From NCBI GenBank assembly GCA_050013715.1, contig JBEKES010000005.1:1-35421 (forward strand): a DNA stretch of 35,421 bases, in the 5' to 3' direction. This DNA is from Candidatus Micrarchaeaceae archaeon. Lineage in GTDB: Archaea > Micrarchaeota > Micrarchaeia > Micrarchaeales > Micrarchaeaceae. Under the pieces are notes generated by a model. It was not told the origin of the DNA and made no database searches. It saw nothing but the letters and a program-made list of their open reading frames with translations. The position numbers were made by a program, and so were the translations under genes. Positions 28,198 through 35,421 of this stretch are shown in pieces. Within the stretch, counting starts at the first letter, position 1. Each line of letters begins with the position of its first letter.

Positions 28198-28755
28198 ATG
28201 GCAACAACAAAACCTATATTCGAAAAAGATATACCAGTAGGTGCAAGCGTTATAATGCGAAAATATCCTAGAAATAGTGATGACATGGCGACTTATGTTT
28301 TCGGGACGTATTTTGATGATTTGAGAGCTGTTCGTGTGCTATACAGAAAAAATGAACATATTATTAATTTTGCAATAGAACCTGAGGATCACGAAAAATA
28401 CTTTCCAGGAGTAGTTCTTGAAGCAGATACACGCCATCCGAAAATAATATTAGCAAAATCAGCTGGTGTTGGTTCATTTAATCATGATTCATCTCAGGGT
28501 TCATTATATATTTCAGCACATCAGCTAATGTTTCATTTTCCTAAGAATGATTCACCAGTAGTCCAACTAGTTGATTTCTTAAGAAGCCTGCAAGATCGAC
28601 AGATAGATCAACTTCAAAGTGAACATACTCTACAGCAACAGGCAGGGCTGGCATTAAATCTAAAAATAGTTAGTACTTTGATAAATTTTGTATCGAGTGA
28701 AGTAGAAACACATCAAAAAGACACTATTAGTTTAATTAAAAGAGAAGTTGAGTAG
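28198..28755 (+). CDS. Hypothetical protein (cassette cargo)
   Basis: ATG 28198 (MATTKP) preferred, because TTG 28147 lies inside the repeated end, upstream of the TATA box. Confidence 0.7.
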   Translation: MATTKPIFEKDIPVGASVIMRKYPRNSDDMATYVFGTYFDDLRAVRVLYRKNEHIINFAIEPEDHEKYFPGVVLEADTRHPKIILAKSAGVGSFNHDSSQGSLYISAHQLMFHFPKNDSPVVQLVDFLRSLQDRQIDQLQSEHTLQQQAGLALNLKIVSTLINFVSSEVETHQKDTISLIKREVE

Positions 28756-28787
28756 CTAAGATTTCTTGTTTTTTCTTATTTGCATCC

Positions 28788-28833
28788 ATCCCACCCTGAT
28801 TCTCGAGGTGACACATCGAAACTGGACTCTGCG
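28788..28833 (+). repeat. Conserved cassette right end plus core (copy 1)
   Basis: 28788-28822 matches 30498-30532 at 27/35, followed by tggactctgcg. Confidence 0.88.
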
Positions 28834-29045
28834 TTCTTAGGGCTTTTGTTTCTGATTCTAATCCTACATTAAAATAGCATAACTTCGGAATAATATACAC
28901 TACTATTAATAAAAATAGTACAGTGGGCTTTGTAGGAAAACTCTGACTTTTCCAACAAAATAATTAGTTTTCCGACAAGTTGCAGTTCTATACGAAATAG
29001 AATAAATGTTCTTATATTATGAACAATAAAATGATATTGATAAAA

Positions 29046-29567
29046 ATGGTAGTAACTAAGCCAAACCCCCGTAAAATTTTAATAACTGGACTACCAGGAA
29101 GCGGAAAAAGTAGGTTGCATAAATTCCTTCAAAGTAAAGGATACAATTCTGTAGATGCTGATGATACATTTTTATCATATAATGGAAAGAAATTACCTGT
29201 TGGTGCAAGTATGAAGTGGCTCTTACAAAATCCACCAATGTGGAATGAAGAGAAACTTGGTGCCATTTTTGAAAAGAATAAAGACAAAGACTTATATGTA
29301 GTTGGAGTAGCACCAAATATGTTAAAATTCCTCAAGCATTTTGATGAGGTATATTATCTTGATGCAGATAGAGAAACACTAACATATAGGCTAAAAGCAC
29401 AAAGAAGTAACCCCTACGGAACTACAAAAGCTCAGAGAAGATTAGCAATATTAACCCTGCCTGTTGCAGTCATTGCATCAAAAATTGCAGGATTCAAATT
29501 CGTTGATGCATCTTTACCAACAGAACAAATATTCAATAAAATTTCAAACTCTAACGAAAATGCCTGA
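29046..29567 (+). CDS. P-loop kinase (shikimate/adenylate-kinase-like; cassette cargo)
   Basis: ITGLPGSGKS, VDAD, FDEVYYLDA....L..RL..R.SNPYG. Confidence 0.78.
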   Translation: MVVTKPNPRKILITGLPGSGKSRLHKFLQSKGYNSVDADDTFLSYNGKKLPVGASMKWLLQNPPMWNEEKLGAIFEKNKDKDLYVVGVAPNMLKFLKHFDEVYYLDADRETLTYRLKAQRSNPYGTTKAQRRLAILTLPVAVIASKIAGFKFVDASLPTEQIFNKISNSNENA

Positions 29568-29837
29568 ATACTTATTAAACTTTCTTACTTAATGCTTTAG
29601 AGAATGAAGTATTCATTTCTTCTACATCAGAATAGAATAGTGTAGCTATGGTGATAGTAATCATTACCGATGCAAAAAAGAGATATGTTTCAACGTCAGC
29701 ACCACAATATGTTCAAATTGCTTCAATAGATATAAAAGCTCCATAACAGATAAACCGAACTTAAAGTACAATAGACTTAAAGTCCATTTTGACGAGTTTT
29801 TGATGAGTTTGTCGTCTAATAAATGTGACCTAGTTTC

Positions 29838-29953
29838 TGGACTCTGCGTACTTCTCACATCACGTAGGAATTAACTTATGACATAATTTGATATACGTTG
29901 ATACCTTTTGATATCACCTGAATTTGAAAGATATCTATAAATATTTCCTGAAA
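29838..29953 (+). repeat. Core plus conserved cassette left end (copy 2)
   Basis: First 43 nt differ from 28064-28106 at one position; both end in tataaatatttcctgaaa. Confidence 0.92.
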
Positions 29954-29966
29954 GAGAATATGTTGA

Positions 29967-30431
29967 GTGATATGTTTGCCAGAAAAAGAAGTTCCTCAAA
30001 AAGCTAGACACGAGATATTGTTTAGTTCTAGATATAAAGAGACGGCCTTTTTATCAAATTTTTACCCATGCGTAATAAATATAGATGGTAAGACATATGC
30101 TAGTGTAGAGCATTATTATCAAAGTCAAAAAACTTTAGACCCAACATTAAGTGAATGGATGAGAAATGCACCTTCTGCACTTTATGTAAAGAAACTTACA
30201 GAAGTTTTGAGACGTAAAGATGTAAGAACTGACTGGCAAGAGGTCAAAGTAGGAATCATGAGAAGAGCAATACGTGCTAAGTTTACTCAAAACGAAAATC
30301 TAAAAAAGAAATTACTCGATACTGGTGATGCTGTATTGCATGAAGATGTTCCTGATGAACTATTTTGGGGAATGGCAGGACAGGATATGCTTGGCAAAAT
30401 GTTAATGGAATTAAGAGAAGAACTAAGATAA
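29967..30431 (+). CDS. NADAR (YbiA-like) family protein (cassette cargo)
   Basis: FLSNFY, SVEHYYQSQK, R.DW...K..IM..AI.AKFTQ, LLDTG, FWG, G.DMLGKMLMELREEL. Confidence 0.9.
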   Translation: MICLPEKEVPQKARHEILFSSRYKETAFLSNFYPCVINIDGKTYASVEHYYQSQKTLDPTLSEWMRNAPSALYVKKLTEVLRRKDVRTDWQEVKVGIMRRAIRAKFTQNENLKKKLLDTGDAVLHEDVPDELFWGMAGQDMLGKMLMELREELR

Positions 30432-30532
30432 ATTTAATATTTTTCTCAAAATCTTTTTCTTTAATTTTCATAAAATATTTACCTTTTAAAAGAGAGAATC
30501 GCACCCCAACTCTCGAGGTGTAACGTCGGAAC

Positions 30533-30643
30533 TGGACTCTGCGGGGATCGCACCCGCGACCTTCCGCTTTTTTGGGTTTACTTTTGATTAATTTTCAAAA
30601 GTTTACTTGCAAAGCGGACGCTCTACTACTGAGCCAAGAGCCC
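30533..30643 (-). tRNA. tRNA-Ala(UGC) with 39-nt canonical intron (30569-30607)
   Basis: GGGCTCT/AGAGTCC with G3:U70, TCCGC-TT-TGC-A^A-GCGGA, T-loop TGCGATC; intron hairpin ACTTTTGA/TCAAAAGT. Confidence 0.93.
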
Positions 30644-30676
30644 ATATAAGTAGAATGATATTTCACATTAAGATTA

Positions 30677-31075
30677 TTAACGCTTCTTTTTGCCCTTTGA
30701 TTTCTGTGCCTTTTGGGGCTTTGCCTTTGATGCCTTTTTCATTGGCGCTTGCTTTTTAGCATTAGCTACCTGCTTAGCTGTAAGCTCTGCCTTTGCGTTC
30801 TTGCTCCTTATGCTGTTGATTATGTTCTTTTTGGTATTCTGCGCTGTGAGGCTTTCTATTATTTCAAGATCCCTATGTGCATTCTTGTTGAGGTTCAACT
30901 CATCAAGCATGTTATCTACTACGTTGTCGTTGACAGTTTCTGAATCTTTTGAAGTATTGGTAAGCGCTGCATTCTCTATGTCGCTTTTCTTTAATACTTC
31001 CTTTATCGCATTCAATTCTTTGAGCTTGGCAAGTTCGTTTGCGTATTTGCCACTGCTTCTTTTTTTGCTTTTCAT
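30677..31075 (-). CDS. Lys/Ala-rich hypothetical protein
   Basis: 132 aa ORF with a basic low-complexity tail. Confidence 0.65.
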   Translation of the reverse strand: MKSKKRSSGKYANELAKLKELNAIKEVLKKSDIENAALTNTSKDSETVNDNVVDNMLDELNLNKNAHRDLEIIESLTAQNTKKNIINSIRSKNAKAELTAKQVANAKKQAPMKKASKAKPQKAQKSKGKKKR

Positions 31076-31179
31076 TCCCAGCTACCCTTTTCACTACCCT
31101 TTCGATGCTTTATTTAATGTATAAATTATTATGCTTTCTGGTTGGTTAAGGAATTGTAATTCCAAATCGCAGCTTTACT

Positions 31180-31737
31180 TTAGAACATTTTCATTTTTCT
31201 TCCTCTGTTAGTGGGCTTGTAAACTGGTTGCTGCTTCTCCTGTTGTGGAGGAATTGCGCTTCCATTGCGTTGCTCGTAGCCGCGCAGGAATTCTGAATGA
31301 GGAGTATCTTTAAATTTCCCGTCGCTTTGTCTTTCCCTTGCCCTATCTGATGGAAAACGCCCCTCAGGCTGCGTTTTGTCCTTTGCAGGTATAACACCCA
31401 TTTCAACCAGTTTTCTAGAGATATGCTCGCTTCCGAACATGGCCGATTGGTGCAGTGCATTAAGTCCGAATTTCCTGCTCGTCAAATTTAAATCAAAACC
31501 AGGCACGGATATGAATTCACCGAACATCGCATTTCTTATACCATCATCCTTAACTTTAATTATCTCAAAGAATATTGGATTTCCCTCATCTGTAAAGCCA
31601 TTTGCAAGTGATGTGTTTTTATCAGCATCAGGAGAATGCAGCAGTTCGTGAACTTTAGCTAAGTCTGGAATCCTCACGGCTAAGATTAATTGCTCTCTTC
31701 CGGTTGTATGCAAATATGATAAAGGTTCAACAGCCAT
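31180..31737 (-). CDS. Ankyrin-repeat-like protein
   Basis: DLNLTSRKFGLNALHQSAMFGSEHISRKLVEMG; DEGNPIFFEII. Confidence 0.65.
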   Translation of the reverse strand: MAVEPLSYLHTTGREQLILAVRIPDLAKVHELLHSPDADKNTSLANGFTDEGNPIFFEIIKVKDDGIRNAMFGEFISVPGFDLNLTSRKFGLNALHQSAMFGSEHISRKLVEMGVIPAKDKTQPEGRFPSDRARERQSDGKFKDTPHSEFLRGYEQRNGSAIPPQQEKQQPVYKPTNRGRKMKMF

Positions 31738-31791
31738 CTCATCACAAAGTAAATTCTTTATTCTAAATATTTATGTGTTTTGTATGGAACC

Positions 31792-31874
31792 CTAATTTTT
31801 TAAGAGAAGGTTTATTTTTGTTGGGACTTCTGCATTTTCTATAATTTCAGAATCAACAAGTAGACAACTTTTAT
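31792..31874 (-). pseudogene. 3' remnant of a paralog of the 33343-33807 gene
   Basis: Encodes VDSEIIENAEVPTKINLLLKN* versus VDSEIIGNAEDITEITLLLRP*; no ATG start. Confidence 0.75.
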
Positions 31875-31933
31875 AGAAAAAGAGGTATTTAGGCAATGAT
31901 TATAAAAGATAGTTTCTTACTATATAAGATCGA

Positions 31934-33280
31934 ATGTACGGAAAAACTATTTACTTGCAAGGAATGCAGTCCATTATTGGCAGCGGTGCAACCTCCGAGG
32001 CAGTAACACCGCCCAAGATAGAAGGGCTTATACGGCTTGGAACACGTAGATTAAGACTTATGAATGTGGATGGCAATACACTCCAATCCATTGCTGCCGA
32101 CGGGACCCAAACCCTGCAGTGGCCAGTAACTTTGACCTATCCGCTTAAGCTATGCAAACAGAATCATTGGATTCCTCATATAATTATTGGCAACGTTGTA
32201 CCTGCCGCGCTGGCAAAAGTTGATGCCTCTGGCAGAAAGTACGGTCCAACTTCCTGGGATTCTTATGACAAGTACATCAATGCGTTCATTAAATATGTAG
32301 TCGTTGATCAGGGTTTTGCAGAAACGGAATGGGAAGTTGGCAATGAGATGAATAGTGCATCAGAAAACTGGGCAGCTGATGAGAAGCCAAAAGCAACTAC
32401 AGATGAATACGGATTCAATGCCTATGCGGTTCTGTATTCGCATATAGCAAAAGATATTGATGAATTTAGACATCAGAATCCTAATGTGCATATTCGGGTA
32501 GGAGGACCCGCAGAAGGTTATAACAACCAGGTTGCACCGCCATTAGATTGGACAACACGTTTTGTCCGCTACAATGCAGCTAACAATATGCCCATGGATT
32601 TCGTAAGCTTTCATACATATGGCAATAGCGTTACCAGTGCAACGCTTGGCAATTTAATTGGTGAGATACGTAAAGAACTAGTGAATGTAAACAGCGCCGC
32701 AAGCATCTTCATTACCGAATGGGGCCCTAGCTACGAGGCCACTCCGGGATTGAACTATGAACCAATTTCTGGTGCATTCGCACTGGATTTTGTTGCCAAG
32801 ATGGCATTGTTTGGCGTGCATGATACAATCTTTCTTTCGCTTTCAAAGTTTCCCACATTGGAATGGCCTGCACTGTACAAGCTTGACGGCTCGCCATCGC
32901 ACATAATGCTTGCATTGCTAAGTATTATGGACCTTAAAGGTGCAGCAGTGCCTTGCGTTGGCACAGATGGTGCATCTGGCGTAGCAGTAAAAGATGCAAA
33001 TGGCAATATTGACGTTGTTTTCTGGAATTTTAATTGGGAAACGGATAAATTCCCGACAGTTATGCCTGCAAAAGGTGAAAGTACGCATACATTTGTTATG
33101 ACAGAAGCTAATGGAAATTGGACTGGTAATTATGATTTGGTTGAAGCAAAACTGAACTCTGAATCATGGGAGATAAATGCCCAATCTCCTTTTGCAAATT
33201 GCAAAGGATCAGAATTAACTTTTTCATTGGTTCTGCCCTATGGAAGTTACGGTTACCTGCAACTCACTCCGCACGTTTAG
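31934..33280 (+). CDS. Clan GH-A glycoside hydrolase, GH39-like
   Basis: WEVGNE (acid/base), RVGGPA, DFVSFHTY, FITEWG (nucleophile), C-terminal beta-rich domain. Confidence 0.78.
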   Translation: MYGKTIYLQGMQSIIGSGATSEAVTPPKIEGLIRLGTRRLRLMNVDGNTLQSIAADGTQTLQWPVTLTYPLKLCKQNHWIPHIIIGNVVPAALAKVDASGRKYGPTSWDSYDKYINAFIKYVVVDQGFAETEWEVGNEMNSASENWAADEKPKATTDEYGFNAYAVLYSHIAKDIDEFRHQNPNVHIRVGGPAEGYNNQVAPPLDWTTRFVRYNAANNMPMDFVSFHTYGNSVTSATLGNLIGEIRKELVNVNSAASIFITEWGPSYEATPGLNYEPISGAFALDFVAKMALFGVHDTIFLSLSKFPTLEWPALYKLDGSPSHIMLALLSIMDLKGAAVPCVGTDGASGVAVKDANGNIDVVFWNFNWETDKFPTVMPAKGESTHTFVMTEANGNWTGNYDLVEAKLNSESWEINAQSPFANCKGSELTFSLVLPYGSYGYLQLTPHV

Positions 33281-33342
33281 AAAATTATTTGCAATTATAT
33301 ATTTTATGCCCATCTAATGTATCCTGTGTTTTGTATATGTTA

Positions 33343-33807
33343 CTATGGCCTTAAGAGAAGAGTTATTTCCGTAATATCTTCTGCATTTCCTATAATTTCA
33401 GAATCAACATGGAATGCCCTTATCAGTTGTTCTGCAAATTCTGCACCATCACGAACACCAGAATTAAAGTATTTAACAAGCTCGAAAATTGCTGCATTTG
33501 TCTTCTCTCCATTTACAGTATAATTTTCCAAAATCTCTCTCCCATGCTCAATTAATGCAGGTGAGACGCAGCCCTCCTTAATGAATAGTTCTTTGAATGC
33601 TAATACCGCAAGATCTTGTATATGAGTATCGTCCTGTTTCAAAAATTTTCCTATTTTTGCAGCTTTAAGATGTTCTCCTTTACGCAAGCAGTCTTTCTGA
33701 TGTTCTCTAAGTTCCTCTAACTTTAACTCTCTAGTACTTCCTAAGTATGCTTTTAAATTAGGCGAATCGCGTTCAATTGCTTTTGCCTTAAGTGAATTTT
33801 TTACCAT
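33343..33807 (-). CDS. Hypothetical protein
   Basis: 154 aa ORF, GTGGTAAG-ATG leader, TTTATATA upstream. Confidence 0.7.
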   Translation of the reverse strand: MVKNSLKAKAIERDSPNLKAYLGSTRELKLEELREHQKDCLRKGEHLKAAKIGKFLKQDDTHIQDLAVLAFKELFIKEGCVSPALIEHGREILENYTVNGEKTNAAIFELVKYFNSGVRDGAEFAEQLIRAFHVDSEIIGNAEDITEITLLLRP

Positions 33808-34069
33808 CTTACCACAAGAGAATTGAGCATTTGGTAATATATAAACTTTTACCTCAAAAAAAGCAGAATGTATATATACCTTTGGAAGTAAACTAATAAA
33901 CGGTGCTATTATGGCAGCAAGAGCAATCTAGAGGCTCCTGTATTTAGAAAGCTTATTTTTGAATTGGCTTGATGAAAATACTTAAATGAGAGCTAATGCT
34001 CTGTGTTGCGTATAATGCTGATGATGTCGTGAATTTTCGCGATTGATTATAGGAGAAGAAGCTTGCATA

Positions 34070-35421
34070 ACATTTTAAACCATCTAGGGGATGGCTTGGC
34101 TATAGCAGCGATGAAGGCCGTGGCAAGCTGCGATAAGCCCAGGGTAGCCGCAAGTCGGGCTTTGAACCTGGGATCGCCTTAATTGTGTAGCAATACATGC
34201 ATACGCGGGGAACTGAAATGTCTTAGTACCCGCAGGAAAAGAAAGAAATTCGATGCGGCTAATAACGCGAGTGAACGCCGTAGAGGGCAAACTGAATCCC
34301 TGCTTGCAAAAGCGTGGGAGATGTGGTATAGGAGGAATCCAAATCATGAGTTGAACATTCTGGAAAGAATGGCCATAGAGAGTGACAGCCTCGTAAATTA
34401 AGTGAAATGGAAATTACTATAATAGAGTAGTTCTGCTTGATTATGTAGAATGAATACGGGTGCATTAAAACCCAACCCTAAATATTGGCTATAGACCGAT
34501 AGAGAACAAGTAGCGTGAGCGAAAGCTGAAAAGAACCCACACGCGTGGGATTGAAAAGATCTGAAACTAGATGGTGAAACGAAGGTAAGGCATGAAAGTT
34601 ATGATAGCTGGTGAAGCTGAAAATCGAAAGATTTATGCGAACCAGAAGGAACAGTGTCTTATCATTCTTCTTGAAGCAAGAACCAGGGAGTATATAGGAG
34701 TGGCAAGTCGAAAGACGAAGCGAAAGCGAGTGCGCGCAATTTATGAGGCGCAGGGTATGAAAATGCCTTAGTCACTTTTATATGACCCGAAGCCGTTGTG
34801 AACTACGCGCGACCAAGGCGAAGCTAGACTAATGTCTGGTGGAGGCCTGCAACCTGTCATGGCATGTCCTGTTGGGTGAGTTGCGGGTAGCGGCGATATA
34901 CCACTCGAACACGGCAATAGCGGGTCCCCTCTGAAGTATCTTTAGGATAGCTCCAGGCGAGCTTGCATATGCGGTAGAGCTACCGAATAATTGGCACGGA
35001 ATCGAAAGGTTCCACCAATTTATCAAACTCCGAATGCATATGCTGCGTAGACCCTGGGAGTCGACCAGTTTGGGTAAGCCAGACTGGTGAGACTGCAAAG
35101 ATAGTGACTGAGGTTAAGGTCCCCAAATCCTAATTAAGTGTCTTGAAAGTAGGACACGTCATAGACAGCTGGGAGGTAGGCTCAGAAGCAGCCATCCTTT
35201 AAAAAACGCGTAATAGCGTACCAGTTGAGATGTATCTTACTGAAGATATACGGGGCTAAATTAGGTACCGAGACCTCAGAGTCTGAATAAGACTGGTAAG
35301 GGGGCATTTGGCATGGCAAGAAGTACGTTCGAAAGGACGTATGGACCGTGTCATAGGGAAAATCCTGGTATTAGTAACAGCATATATGGGCGAGAATCCC
35401 ATACACCGAAAGCACAAGGTT
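34070..35421 (+). rRNA. rrl: 23S rRNA, 5' portion (start approximate, runs off right edge)
   Basis: GGATGGCTTGGC...GATGAAGGCCGTGGCAAGCTGCGATAAGC, GAACTGAAATGTCTTAGTACC, GACCGATAGAGAACAAGTAGCGTGAGCGAAAG, GTPase centre GGAGGTAGGCTCAGAAGCAGCCA. Confidence 0.97.

Larger units (their letters stand above)
27706..30543. mobile_element. Array of four cassettes at the tRNA-Ala 3' end
   Basis: tggactctgcg at 28064, 28823, 29838 and 30533 (tRNA); tggactc-gcg at 27706. Confidence 0.85.

Noticed and set aside
19155..30543. CRISPR array or classical integron (attC) interpretation of the repeats
   Set aside because: The repeats are 11-bp tRNA ends separated by whole genes. No cas or intI gene, and no attC-type RYYYAAC/GTTRRRY pairing was seen.
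31787..31798. gaaccctaattt match to the tRNA-Ser T-arm
   Set aside because: AT-rich 12-mer overlapping the stop codon of the gene remnant, with no core nearby; probably chance.
1..35421. Integrase or transposase driving the arrays
   Set aside because: No ORF shows tyrosine/serine recombinase or DDE motifs, so any such enzyme must lie elsewhere.
34070..35421. Intron or insertion in the 23S rRNA
   Set aside because: Conserved landmarks occur at roughly the expected spacing; no large insert is evident in this part.

Overview
Archaeal chromosomal segment, most consistent with a small-genome DPANN/Micrarchaeota-type organism. This is inferred from archaeal-type AspRS, Dph6, EndoQ, NAC and uL30/uL15, BHB-intron tRNAs and a 23S rRNA gene with no 16S upstream. 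Housekeeping genes alternate with AT-rich accessory tracts. Main observation: three of the four tRNA genes (Tyr-GUA, Ser-CGA, Ala-UGC) are followed by small (0.36-1.8 kb) integrase-less units, one at Tyr and tandem arrays of four at Ser and Ala. Each unit carries 1-2 cargo genes and is delimited by an 11-13 bp copy of that tRNA's 3' end. Within an array, different units share nearly the same left and right end sequences (T-arm copies, inverted repeats, 10-bp-phased direct repeats, a promoter) but carry unrelated genes. This suggests a tRNA-anchored gene-cassette system mobilised in trans. Other notable items: a tandem aP1(L12)-domain protein without the acidic tail, a polytopic-membrane double-AAA ATPase, an nth/rdgB/nth/endoQ repair cluster, a 30/31 tRNA intron, a kinase-PP-loop fusion, and a GH39-like gene lying between duplicated gene ends. 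All calls come from reading the sequence; no searches were run.
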